This document shows, piece after piece, positions 16,795 through 26,029 of a stretch of 64,000 nt of DNA. Both the position numbers and the translations under genes were made by a program. This stretch comes from an uncultured Eubacteriales bacterium. Its GTDB lineage: Bacteria; Bacillota; Clostridia; Christensenellales; UBA1242. The notes under the pieces were generated by a model. It saw only the letters and a list, made by a program, of their open reading frames with translations, had not been told where the DNA came from and made no database searches. The stretch's first letter is position 1. Each line of letters begins with the position of its first letter. The DNA lies in assembly GCA_948607205.1 (NCBI GenBank), contig CAPERS010000005.1, forward strand, positions 834-64,833, written 5' to 3'.

Positions 16795-17505
16795 ATGATG
16801 AAAATAAAATTTCTAACAATCAAGAAAAAGGCAATTGTTGCCGGATTATTATCGATTTTGCTTATTGCAGGTGCAGTGCTGGCGCTGTATTTGTCAAGAC
16901 CTGCAAGTTATCCAAAGCCAGAGTTTTCGGTGTGTATTGATGCAGGGCATGGTGGTCGTGATGGGGGCGCAGAAGGAAAGGTAACTGGTGTCACAGAAAG
17001 TCGGCTCAATCTTGAATTTGCTCAAACTCTTCGTGAGATGTGTCAAAGTTTTGGTTTTGGAGTTGTCATGACGAGGAGTGATATGAACGGATTATACTCG
17101 CCAACTGCAACAAACAAAAAGCGAAGTGAAATGGAAAAGCGAAAGGAAATCATTGACAAAAGCGGTGCGGATGCTGTTATCAGCATTCACATGAACAGTT
17201 TTGCTTTGTCATCTGCGCATGGAGCATATGTTTTTTATGGTGCTGGCAATGAAAAGGGTTTTAGTCTTGCCAAAAGCATTCAGACTTCACTTTGTCGCGA
17301 TTTTGAGTCAGCAAGAAAGACGGTGAGTGTTGGCGATTATTATGTTCTCAACTGTCATGAAAAAGCAGGAGTGCTGGTTGAATGTGGGTTTTTATCTAAT
17401 GCAGAAGAAGAGAGATTGCTCTGCGATAAGGAATATCAAAGAAAGATGTGCTATTCCATTCTCGTTGGGCTTATTGATTATTTCTCCATGAACGAGTCAA
17501 ACTGA
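16795..17505 (+). CDS. cwlD: N-acetylmuramoyl-L-alanine amidase (Amidase_3), CwlD-like
   Basis: N-terminal anchor, IDAGHGGRDGGAEG, VISIHMNSF, LVECGFLSN. The size and single TM resemble the germination-specific CwlD. Confidence 0.75.
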   Translation: MMKIKFLTIKKKAIVAGLLSILLIAGAVLALYLSRPASYPKPEFSVCIDAGHGGRDGGAEGKVTGVTESRLNLEFAQTLREMCQSFGFGVVMTRSDMNGLYSPTATNKKRSEMEKRKEIIDKSGADAVISIHMNSFALSSAHGAYVFYGAGNEKGFSLAKSIQTSLCRDFESARKTVSVGDYYVLNCHEKAGVLVECGFLSNAEEERLLCDKEYQRKMCYSILVGLIDYFSMNESN

Positions 17506-17572
17506 AAAAGTTTAATTTTGCTGGACTTGTGATAAAATTTCGAGTATAATCAAGAACATACGGAGGAAGTTT

Positions 17573-18130
17573 ATGTTAGTGATAATTTCAGGCGTCAGCG
17601 GTGTTGGCAAAAACACTGTTATCAGTGAAATTATGAATAGGCGAGACAATGTCAAGTTTTTCAATTCTGGCACAACACGCGAAAGGAGACCATTTGAAAA
17701 AGATGGCGAGCCATACATTTTTATGAGCAAAGATGAGTTTTTAAAGCGTCAAAAAAATGAAGAATTTTTTGAAACGCAAGAGGTGCACGGAAACTTTTAT
17801 GGCATTCTATACAAAAGCCTTGAAGAAGCGATAAAAAATGAGAAGATTTTCTATGTGCGCGACATTGACGTCTATGGAAATGTTAGGCTCAAAAACTATA
17901 TGAATGGCAAAGGCAGATGTCTTTCAATCTTTCTTGATGCGCCTGATGAAGTTATTAAATCAAGACTTATCGGCAGAGGAGAAAGCGAAGAAAGGGCAAA
18001 TGTGCGCATGTCGCGTGCGCAAATGGAAAGAGAGCATTTGCACGAGTATGACTATGTCATTGAAAACATCGACCTTGAAAAAACGGTGAGTAAAGTTTTG
18101 GATATTTTTGACGAGGCAAAAAATCAATAA
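17573..18130 (+). CDS. gmk: guanylate kinase
   Basis: P-loop ISGVSGVGKNT. GTTRERRPFEKDGEPYIFM and EVHGNFYG are typical of Gmk. Confidence 0.85.
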   Translation: MLVIISGVSGVGKNTVISEIMNRRDNVKFFNSGTTRERRPFEKDGEPYIFMSKDEFLKRQKNEEFFETQEVHGNFYGILYKSLEEAIKNEKIFYVRDIDVYGNVRLKNYMNGKGRCLSIFLDAPDEVIKSRLIGRGESEERANVRMSRAQMEREHLHEYDYVIENIDLEKTVSKVLDIFDEAKNQ

Positions 18131-18249
18131 TGTTTTTCTACTATCATTATGATAAAATTATGATATTTTCAGCATAAAGGGACAAATTTCTTTTAGGCTG
18201 ATTTTTTTTAAAATTGTATAATTTTTATATCTAAAATTGGAGAAAAGAT

Positions 18250-20538
18250 ATGAGAATTAATAACAAAGTCTATCACCTTTTGATGTTCGTGCTTTTTTGC
18301 GCACTCTTTTTCGTTTTGCAGTTTGCAAGTGTGGGCGGACATGTTTATCCTTTTGCCTATGCAATGCTTTTCGCTCTTGCTTGGGCAAATCAAAAAGTTT
18401 GGCTTATTTGTCCGGCATATATCATATCTGCCATCGCCAAGTCTTGCACCTTTGAAAGCGCAATAAATGCGGTGGTTGTGTGCGTTATGCTGGCACTGCC
18501 ATATTACATACATATCGTCACCAAAAAGAATATGAAAAAGTGGGAACTTGGAATATATGCCGTTCTCAGTCAAGTTTCAGCAATAGTCTTTTCAGTGCTT
18601 GGTGGAGTGCATCCAGCAATCATCGTTTCAGATGTGGTGATTGCAGTGCTTTTTCTCTATGCGTCAATCACAATCTTCGAGCCAATCATCATTCGTGGCT
18701 TTGCCTATAAACTCACAAGCCTTGAACTCGTCTGCGGTGGCGTTGTTCTTATGGCAATAAGCAACGGACTTTCAGGCTTTTCGCTTTTCGGCTTTTCTTT
18801 CTTAAAACTCTTTGTGGCGTTTGCTCTTCTTTCAATTTCCTACACCTCCAAAACATCCTATACAACGCTGATTGCAGGCGTCATGGGTCTGGGCACACTG
18901 GTCGCCTCAAACAATCCACTGTATATCGCACCTTTCATGCTGTGGGCGTTGTCAATTGTGGCGTTTAAATCAATGAAAAGGATTTATCCTTTCGTTGCAA
19001 TCATTGTTGCCGAAGTTGTGATTGGGTTCTATTTCAGACTGTATTTAACCTTTGGCATCCTTGAAGTTGCACCTCTTCTGCTCGGTGCGCTCATCTTCCT
19101 CTTCCTGCCAAAGAAGTGGTATGACAACCTTGCTGTTCTTCTTTCTTCTGGTTCTGATAGGTTGGCTGTCAAAAATATGGTCAATCGCAACCGTGAAGTT
19201 TTATATCGAAGGCTTAACAACTTGTCCGAAGTTTTTTACGAGATGAATGGTGTCTTTAAAAAACTTATCAAGGAAGAAATGAGCGCGGAAGAAGTGACCA
19301 GCCTTTTGTTTGAAGAGGTGCGTGATGGAATATGCAAAAACTGTCCTGAATACAAGCACTGCCACAGAACATTCTCAGCCGACACGAAAAAAATGTTTTC
19401 TGAGCTTATAACCATTGCCATGGAGCGCGGAAGAATAACTCTTCTCGACTTTCCAAGTTACCTAACATCTCGCTGTGGACGAGTAAACAATTTGATAAGT
19501 GAAATTAATACCCTGACAAAACAATACAAAAACTATGCAAACCTTGTTGGCAACATTGACAATTCAAAGCTTCTCATATCCGACCAACTTGGTGGCATGG
19601 CTCAAATCATGAAATCGCTTGCTGGCGAAGTTGACAGCCTTGTGTCATTCAATTCATCACAAGAAAACAAAATCATCGACGAACTGGCATACAACAATAT
19701 CATCTGCACTGACGCGGTGGTTTATGATAAAGACGCGCGAACAGTTATGGCAAGCCTCGTTGTTCGCAGTGAAGACGCGTCAAGACCAAAACTCAATCAA
19801 GTCGTTTCCAAAGTCTGCGGAAACAAAATGTCAGCCTATGAGGTCTATCCGTCAACGCGCGCAGGTCTTGTCAATGTCAACCTCAAAACATCTCCGCGCT
19901 ATGACGCAATCTTTGGCGTGGCAAGTCAGGCAAAGACTGGCACGTCAGCCTCTGGTGACACGCACAGCGTGATACGGCTTGACGGTGATAGGTTTATGTT
20001 CGCGCTCTGCGACGGTATGGGCAGTGGCGAAAAAGCCAGTGAAAAAAGTGAAACGGCAATAGGTCTGATTGAAAACTTCTATAAAGCAGGCTTTGACAAT
20101 GATATAATCCTCTCCTCAGTCAACCGCCTACTCAATCTTGAAAAAGACGACATCTTCTCAACCATTGACATCTGCGTAGTCGACCTTAAAAACGGAATTG
20201 CAGACATTGTCAAAATGGGCGCGCCGTCTTCATATATTCGTGGCGAGGATGAGTGCAAAATTATCGAAGGTGGAGCGCTTCCAGTTGGCGTGCTTCAAGA
20301 GGCAAAAGCGCAGACACAAAAGATTGTCATTAATGGTCAAGATTTCATTATCATTTGCAGTGACGGAATCAGTGACAGCTATGGCTCTGACGGTGAGTTT
20401 AAAGACTTCATCCTCACAATCAAAACTTCAAACCCACAAGAGTTTGCTGATAAGATTATCGAAAAAGCACTCGCGAACAATAATGGCTATGCAGTTGACG
20501 ATATGACAGTCCTCGTTGTGAAAATTTTTGAAAGTTAG
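18250..20538 (+). CDS. spoIIE: stage II sporulation protein E (PP2C phosphatase)
   Basis: 762 aa with about 10 N-terminal TM helices and a C-terminal PP2C domain (SGDTHSV...CDGMGSGEKA...SDGISD). GGAG RBS present. Confidence 0.9.
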   Translation: MRINNKVYHLLMFVLFCALFFVLQFASVGGHVYPFAYAMLFALAWANQKVWLICPAYIISAIAKSCTFESAINAVVVCVMLALPYYIHIVTKKNMKKWELGIYAVLSQVSAIVFSVLGGVHPAIIVSDVVIAVLFLYASITIFEPIIIRGFAYKLTSLELVCGGVVLMAISNGLSGFSLFGFSFLKLFVAFALLSISYTSKTSYTTLIAGVMGLGTLVASNNPLYIAPFMLWALSIVAFKSMKRIYPFVAIIVAEVVIGFYFRLYLTFGILEVAPLLLGALIFLFLPKKWYDNLAVLLSSGSDRLAVKNMVNRNREVLYRRLNNLSEVFYEMNGVFKKLIKEEMSAEEVTSLLFEEVRDGICKNCPEYKHCHRTFSADTKKMFSELITIAMERGRITLLDFPSYLTSRCGRVNNLISEINTLTKQYKNYANLVGNIDNSKLLISDQLGGMAQIMKSLAGEVDSLVSFNSSQENKIIDELAYNNIICTDAVVYDKDARTVMASLVVRSEDASRPKLNQVVSKVCGNKMSAYEVYPSTRAGLVNVNLKTSPRYDAIFGVASQAKTGTSASGDTHSVIRLDGDRFMFALCDGMGSGEKASEKSETAIGLIENFYKAGFDNDIILSSVNRLLNLEKDDIFSTIDICVVDLKNGIADIVKMGAPSSYIRGEDECKIIEGGALPVGVLQEAKAQTQKIVINGQDFIIICSDGISDSYGSDGEFKDFILTIKTSNPQEFADKIIEKALANNNGYAVDDMTVLVVKIFES

Positions 20539-20570
20539 AAAAAACCACCTAAACATAGGTGGCTTTTTTT
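20539..20570 (+). terminator. intrinsic terminator of spoIIE
   Basis: AAAAAACCACCTA-aaca-TAGGTGGC followed by TTTTTTT. Confidence 0.8.
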
Positions 20571-20713
20571 AATACGATTTATGTTTACACTTTTTTTGTT
20601 TCTTGCTGAAATTTTTTAAAAATGTATACACAATAGGTAAATGTTAAGATCAAATTGTATGTTAAAATAATTAAGACAGCAAGAATGTTTGCCAAGTCTT
20701 AAAAGGAAAGATT

Positions 20714-20965
20714 ATGAAACAAACAAAAATATTAAATAATAATTGCGAAAATTATGTTCAACATTATTATTATAATAAAAATTTAAAAAGTTTTTTTACT
20801 ACAAACAGTGGCCATTGCAAAAAGTTTAAAAAGAATTGTGATTGTTGTTCTGATTTTGTTGTGCAAGCAAAAAGTTCAGAAGAAACTGAAATTTCAATTC
20901 ATCAACAACTTTCTCGCATTTTAAATATTTTAAATTTCATTATCAAATTGTTTGATAAAGAATAG
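20714..20965 (+). CDS. small Cys-rich hypothetical protein
   Basis: 83 aa with an AAGGAAAG RBS and a terminator at 20994-21023. It contains a CDCCSD motif. No family recognised. Confidence 0.35.
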   Translation: MKQTKILNNNCENYVQHYYYNKNLKSFFTTNSGHCKKFKKNCDCCSDFVVQAKSSEETEISIHQQLSRILNILNFIIKLFDKE

Positions 20966-21043
20966 TAGTAAAATATTTAATAAGGTTGCTATTAAAAAAT
21001 AGCAGAAATTCTGCTATTTTTTCTTTCTGTTAAAATTAATCTT

Positions 21044-22372
21044 TTATTTCACAACCTCGATTGAATATGCGGTTGGGACATTTTCAATTTTTACCTTATC
21101 TGAAATTTCAACACCTGCAATAGCATAAACTTCATTTCCGCTTGCAAGAACTGGAAGAGTTCCGCGTTGGCGCTGAGGAATTTTCTTGTCAATCAGATAA
21201 CTTTTAAGTTTTTTGCTTCCGCCACCAAACTTTTCAAACATATCTCCGTCTTGACGAAATCTCCAAGTTGCATCTTTTGGCACTTTGCGATAGTCAAGAA
21301 TCAGCACATTTTCGCGTGGTGTGAAATCTTTGACGCGTCTGACAATCACTTTGCCAAAGCCTTTAACTTCAAACTCACCACACTTGAAAGGTTGGTCAAG
21401 GGTTGTTTCTTCTTCGTGGCGGTTGGCGATTGTGAGATAGTCATATTCTTTCACTGCATACGCCTCAAAAGGCAGATAGATTCTTTTGCCGTTTGCACCA
21501 TTGACGGCAAGGTCTTTGATTGCCATAATGTGCTTTCTTTCGATATCATAAGTGATTCCAATACGCTTGAAAGTTTTGAAAAGCATACGCACTACAACTG
21601 GATTTTCGTAAAGGAAATATGAAGTTGGGATGCGGGCAATCTTGCCGTCAATCATGACAGCGTCAGCATAAGTGTGAGCGTTTATGTATTCATCATCTTC
21701 CTTGATTGCCTGAGCGAAATTGTTTATGCTTTCAACTGCTTTTGGCCAGCGCTTTGTCACCTCTTTCATAAGCACATTGCGAACAAAGTTGCGGTTGTAT
21801 GAATTATCGTCATTTGTGTAGTCATCGTTATAGTCAATTCGGTTGAGGGCGATGTATTCCATAATCTCTTCTTTGCTTGTTGTCAGCATTGGGCGAATGT
21901 AAATTCCGTCGCGAATTGGTTCCATTCCTTTTGCGCCTGAAACGCCAGAGCCACGGAAGATGTGCATAAGGATTGTTTCGGCTTGGTCTTGCATATGATG
22001 TGCGAGTGCAATCTTGTCAACAAGTCCTTTTTTGATAAGCGCCTTGAAAACGCCATAGCGACCATCTCTTGCAGCAGTTTCAAGAGAAACGCCTCTTTCT
22101 TTGGCAAGTTTTGGCGCGTCAATGCGGAATTTATAGAACCTCACGCCAAGTTCTCTCGCTTTGGCACGCACAAGGTCTGAGTCCATATATGAATTTTCTC
22201 TTATGCCATGGTCGACATGAATGGCAACCACTTCAATGTCAAACTTGTTTTGGTTCTCAGCGAGATAGTTGAGAAGTGCCATTGAGTCGCTTCCGCCACT
22301 TACGCCAACACCAACACAATCGCCAGCTTTAAACATTTTGTTTTCTTTGATAAACTCTTCAATTCTTTCCAT
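21044..22372 (-). CDS. tilS: tRNA(Ile)-lysidine synthetase
   Basis: PP-loop VGVSGGSDSMALL; about 442 aa. GGAG lies 8 nt before the second ATG (MERIEEF, 22372), so the track start 22390 is less likely. Confidence 0.9.
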   Translation of the reverse strand: MERIEEFIKENKMFKAGDCVGVGVSGGSDSMALLNYLAENQNKFDIEVVAIHVDHGIRENSYMDSDLVRAKARELGVRFYKFRIDAPKLAKERGVSLETAARDGRYGVFKALIKKGLVDKIALAHHMQDQAETILMHIFRGSGVSGAKGMEPIRDGIYIRPMLTTSKEEIMEYIALNRIDYNDDYTNDDNSYNRNFVRNVLMKEVTKRWPKAVESINNFAQAIKEDDEYINAHTYADAVMIDGKIARIPTSYFLYENPVVVRMLFKTFKRIGITYDIERKHIMAIKDLAVNGANGKRIYLPFEAYAVKEYDYLTIANRHEEETTLDQPFKCGEFEVKGFGKVIVRRVKDFTPRENVLILDYRKVPKDATWRFRQDGDMFEKFGGGSKKLKSYLIDKKIPQRQRGTLPVLASGNEVYAIAGVEISDKVKIENVPTAYSIEVVK

Positions 22373-22565
22373 ATCACATTCTCCATACATTTAGCGCACA
22401 AAATGCGCTAAGTTCAATACAAAGATAGATTATACAACAAAAAAATATTTTCCGCAATAGCAAAAAAGAAAAAAATACCAAAATTTTGCTTTTTTATTTG
22501 AAAAATAAAGACAATTCAATAAATTTAATAATATTTCAAAGCACTTTAAATTTCGCAATAACGTA

Positions 22566-23400
22566 GCATAAACACAAAAAACAGCGAATGTCTTCGCTGT
22601 TTTTTCATACTAATATCGTGTAGTCAATTTTGATTGAGAAAGTGTCATCGTTGAATTCATAAGTTGAAGAGAAGTTCTCTCCCTCGATTGTGATGATTTC
22701 TGTGTTTATTGCCTCGTTGAATATCTCTTTGACATATTCAAAGTCATAGCCATACATTTCAAGTTCTTCGATGTTAAATGTTAGTGTGTAAGTTACATTT
22801 TCAATATCTTTATCATATAACGTCTCAACTTCGACACAAGTCATCATAAAGAAAAAGTCTTTAAGTGACAAAATTTCATTCTCAATTTCAATATAGAAAG
22901 TTGAAAAGTCAGGTCCTTCAGGTTCAACTGGCTCTGTTGGTTCAGTAGGAACTTCTGGCTCTTCAGGTTTTTCAGGTTCAGTTGGCAGTTCGGGTTCAGT
23001 TGGTTTTTCTGCATCATCAGGAACTTCAGGTTGCTCTGGAAGTTCTGGTTTTGTTGTGTCATTATCATCTGGAAGGTTTGGTTCATCTGGAATTACAATT
23101 GAATTATCGTCGTCACCACTTGGATTTTTATTTGGGTCGTCGTAACCCTCACTGTTTCCCGGCAAAAAGGAATCTGGATTGTCACGGAAGTATAGCCCTG
23201 TTCCAATGCCAACACCTGTTAAAATGATTATGGCAAGCATGATGCAAGCAAAAATTTTCCCTTTCATAACCAATAAAACCCTTTTTCTTTTTGACATAAT
23301 ATTACAAAATTCGACAAGACAAATTGTAAAAGTTTTCAACCCCAAAAGTCAAATGAATTAGCAATATTTTTTAAAAACAATTTAATATTTTTTGGATTTT
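22566..23400. repeat. left arm of a large inverted repeat of about 840 bp
   Basis: Reverse-complement match to 26844-27690. The 5' UTR, first ~75 codons, last ~30 codons and terminator are near-identical, while the middle has diverged. Confidence 0.85.
22605..23267 (-). CDS. membrane-anchored Pro/Glu-rich protein, paralog A
   Basis: Start at MKGKIFACIML (as in paralog B). It has a TM anchor, a PE(L/V/I)P-rich spacer and a C-terminal domain of about 95 aa ending FSIKIDYTILV. Confidence 0.7.
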   Translation of the reverse strand: MKGKIFACIMLAIIILTGVGIGTGLYFRDNPDSFLPGNSEGYDDPNKNPSGDDDNSIVIPDEPNLPDDNDTTKPELPEQPEVPDDAEKPTEPELPTEPEKPEEPEVPTEPTEPVEPEGPDFSTFYIEIENEILSLKDFFFMMTCVEVETLYDKDIENVTYTLTFNIEELEMYGYDFEYVKEIFNEAINTEIITIEGENFSSTYEFNDDTFSIKIDYTILV

Positions 23401-23586
23401 TTATTTTTTTTGGTTGATTTTACACAATAAGTGAGTATTCTTACGCTTTATTTCTCTTGTTTAGATTTATTTATCATGTCCGAAATATTTTATTGTTCAA
23501 ATTTAATCATAAATTTGAAATAGCGCTAAGCGACAAAAGGTGAGTATAATAAAAACAAAAAAATCACTCGGATAGAGTGACTCCTC

Positions 23587-23783
23587 TGGTAGAGATGAGT
23601 GGACTCGTTATGCGTAGCATGGCCGAGCACGCACACTTTCTCGACAGCTCCGACACCGACCCCCACCTTAGAAGAACCTGCCTTACGGCAGAACCTTAGC
23701 ACTGACTTTGTTCGCTGCGCAGGAACACCCTGATGCAAAGTTTCACTTTGCGTGTCACTTCGTGCCACAAGGTGGGGCAGGAT
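23587..23783 (-). ncRNA. unclassified GC-rich structured RNA with a tRNA-Ile-like 3' module
   Basis: The 3' end ...GAGTCCACTCATCTCTACCA is identical to the tRNA-Ile T-arm, acceptor and CCA, and TAAGGTGGGGGTCGGTG is also shared. Predicted structure includes a long-range 9-bp helix (23661-23669 with 23769-23777), a CTGCC-GTAA-GGCAG hairpin and a 7-bp GCAAAGT/ACTTTGC hairpin. A hairpin plus T-run terminator lies at 23551-23581. Confidence 0.5.
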
Positions 23784-23813
23784 AAAAAAATCCACTCAAA
23801 ATGAGTGAATCTC

Positions 23814-23890
23814 TGGTAGAGATGAGTGGACTCGAACCACCGACCCCCACCTTATCAGGGTGGTGCTCTAACCAGCTGAGCTACATCTCT
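23814..23890 (-). tRNA. tRNA-Ile (anticodon GAU), CCA encoded
   Basis: The minus strand AGAGATGTAGCTCAGCTGGTTAGAGCACCACCCTGATAAGGTGGGGGTCGGTGGTTCGAGTCCACTCATCTCTACCA folds as a cloverleaf. The anticodon loop is CTGATAA. A hairpin plus T-run follows at 23784-23810. Confidence 0.95.
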
Positions 23891-23964
23891 ATATATTGCG
23901 CAAACTTATCTTGTTGTTAAAGAGGGATATGTTTCAACAAGTTCTCTTAGTTAACGCATTATGA

Positions 23965-23993
23965 ATTATACATAATATCACAGCCATTGTCAA
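23965..23993 (-). promoter_or_regulatory. perfect consensus sigma-70 promoter (TTGACA-N17-TATAAT) upstream of tRNA-Ile
   Basis: The minus strand reads TTGACAatggctgtgatattatgTATAAT, about 70 nt upstream of the mature tRNA 5' end. Confidence 0.7.
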
Positions 23994-24074
23994 CTGTTTT
24001 TATGAAAATTATTAATAAATTTGTAACAAAACCATAAATCAAAAAAAGCTACTTTTGTAGATAGGCTTTTAATT

Positions 24075-24776
24075 TTATTTCAATCGTTCGATGATTAATT
24101 CTTTAACACAAAGAGTATTCTTATCGGAGATGTTTTCAAAAATAACTTGGGCGAGCTCTTTTGGATTCATAAAAGTGTTTGACTTTTCCTTTGAAACATA
24201 GTGTCGGTTTTCTGTCCAAAAAGTAGTATCAATTCCGCCTGGAAAAATGTTTATCAATTTCAATTTGGTGTTTGACATTTCTTTTTTAAGCGCTTCCATA
24301 AATCCTCGTGCGCCCCATTTACCTGCGCAATATGCAGTTTCATTTGCATTTCCCTGTATGCCAGCAGTGCTCATAACTGTTGCAATAGTTCCATCTTCTT
24401 TCATTAAAGGCAAAGCGTTTGAAGTAATTAAAATTGTGCCAATCAAAGATGCTGACAGAACTTCATCAATAATCTTTCGAGTGTTTTCTGTGACTTTGCA
24501 AAATCTTCCAACGCCAGCATTGTTAATAAGCATTCCTATTTTAAACTTGTTTTGTTTCAGCTTGTCAAACACTGTCTTAACAAAATTTTCATTGCTGATG
24601 TCGCCAGCAAAAGCCATAACTTGATTGTTTGTTGTTTTGGATATATCTTTCTTAACTTTCTCCAATTCTGTTTGGTTGCGTGCAATTAAACATAAGTTTG
24701 TTTTTTGTGCAAAAAGAAAAGCGAGTTCTTTTCCCAGTCCTTTTGAAGCACCTGTAATAACACTAATTTCTTTCAT
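24075..24776 (-). CDS. short-chain dehydrogenase/reductase (SDR) family oxidoreductase
   Basis: VITGASKGLG (TGxxxGxG) and YCAGK (YxxxK). AGGAGGG RBS lies before MKEISV at 24776, so the track start 24860 is unlikely. Confidence 0.85.
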   Translation of the reverse strand: MKEISVITGASKGLGKELAFLFAQKTNLCLIARNQTELEKVKKDISKTTNNQVMAFAGDISNENFVKTVFDKLKQNKFKIGMLINNAGVGRFCKVTENTRKIIDEVLSASLIGTILITSNALPLMKEDGTIATVMSTAGIQGNANETAYCAGKWGARGFMEALKKEMSNTKLKLINIFPGGIDTTFWTENRHYVSKEKSNTFMNPKELAQVIFENISDKNTLCVKELIIERLK

Positions 24777-25003
24777 TTTCCCTCCTAATGTGCATAGTTG
24801 CGTTCTGCCGAATTCAGTTATATTTGTTAATATAATAGAGTTTAGCGGATACAAATGCATTTCGTGCGTTTATTTCAGTTCAAATATAAGTATAATCGGG
24901 GGGATTTGTCAAGTGAATTTTGAAATTTAAAGAAATAAATTACATTTTTTGATATGCAAAAAAAAGACAGAGAGTTTTCTGTCTTTTTTAAAATAGTTTT
25001 TAA

Positions 25004-25852
25004 TTACTCTTTTTCAAAGAATGCAATTCCAAGTCCGTTTGGCCCAATATGTGTGCCGATTGTGCTTCCAAGAAGATATGGTTCAAGTTTGTCAGTTTCG
25101 CCTTTCCAAAGTTCAGCGTTCTTTTCGATAAAGCTGTTCATCATTGTGTCATCAGTTCCTGAATACACAATTCCAAATGGCATATCGTGGTCAATGTTGC
25201 GCTTTGATGCAATGCCTGCAAGTGTTGCAAGTGCTTTCTTTGCGCCGATTGCCTTGCTGATATTTTTGATTTCACCGCCAATGAATTCTATGATTGGCTT
25301 GATTGAAAGCATTTCACCAGCGATTGCAGTGACTGCCGAAATGCGACCGCCTTTTTTGAGATATTTGAGTGTGTCAAGCATGGCGAGGAAGGTTATTTTT
25401 GACTTTTTCTTTTCAAGTTTTTCAAAAATCTCTTTTGCTGAGAGATTTTGATTTGCAAGTTTGAGAGCATATCTGCAAAGCACCTTTTCGCCAAGACTGG
25501 CGTTCAGGCTGTCAACCACAAAGATTTTTCCTTCAAATTTTTCAGACGCTTGAACTGCACTTCTGTATGTTCCAGAAAGGAAAGAAGAGATTGTTATCAC
25601 AACCGCTTCATCTCCAGCAGAAACAACTTTCTCAAATTCTTCTTCAAAGCGGTAAGGATTGATTTGCGTGGTCTTTGGAAGCTCATTGCAAGTTGGCAAA
25701 ATTTTCCAAAACTCTTCATGAGAAAGGTCGAGTCCGTCAAGATATTCTTTGTCCGCGATTTGCACTTGCATTGGAATGAAATTGACGCCAAGTCTTTCTG
25801 CTTCTTTTTGGTCAATGTCACTTGCTGAATCAATGATAATTTTAACTGCCAT
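25004..25852 (-). CDS. DegV family fatty-acid-binding protein
   Basis: 282 aa. The N-terminus MAVKIIIDSASDI and the overall pattern are typical of DegV. AGGAGG RBS present. Confidence 0.9.
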   Translation of the reverse strand: MAVKIIIDSASDIDQKEAERLGVNFIPMQVQIADKEYLDGLDLSHEEFWKILPTCNELPKTTQINPYRFEEEFEKVVSAGDEAVVITISSFLSGTYRSAVQASEKFEGKIFVVDSLNASLGEKVLCRYALKLANQNLSAKEIFEKLEKKKSKITFLAMLDTLKYLKKGGRISAVTAIAGEMLSIKPIIEFIGGEIKNISKAIGAKKALATLAGIASKRNIDHDMPFGIVYSGTDDTMMNSFIEKNAELWKGETDKLEPYLLGSTIGTHIGPNGLGIAFFEKE

Positions 25853-26029
25853 AATTTCCTCCTAAGGCTTATTTATTTTATGTTAAAAGTTGAAACTTTA
25901 CCTTTATATGATAACATAACTTAATAAAATAAACAAACTTTATTTCAACATTCAGCAAAAACAGCTAAAATGAGTTTCAAAAATAATTAAATTGGCGTTG
26001 ATTCAAGAAAAATTGTTAGTTCAACATTC

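Noticed and set aside
16659-16940. 93-aa ORF overlapping the cwlD-like start region
   Set aside because: It overlaps the better-supported amidase ORF in another frame, has no RBS, and spans the intergenic promoter region of two divergent genes.
23587-23783. tmRNA, SRP RNA, RNase P RNA, 6S RNA, or a group I intron in a tRNA
   Set aside because: The region has no 5' acceptor strand or tag ORF (tmRNA). It lacks the GGAAGCAG-type domain IV motif (SRP) and the GGAAAGUCC / ACAGAA motifs, and it is too short for RNase P. Its ends do not pair as in 6S RNA. No tRNA 5' half is present, and the insert is too short for a group I intron.
23526-23795. 89-aa ORF on the minus strand
   Set aside because: It lies entirely within the GC-rich, helix-rich region that shares exact segments with tRNA-Ile. 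It has no RBS and an implausible composition, so I treat the region as RNA rather than protein.
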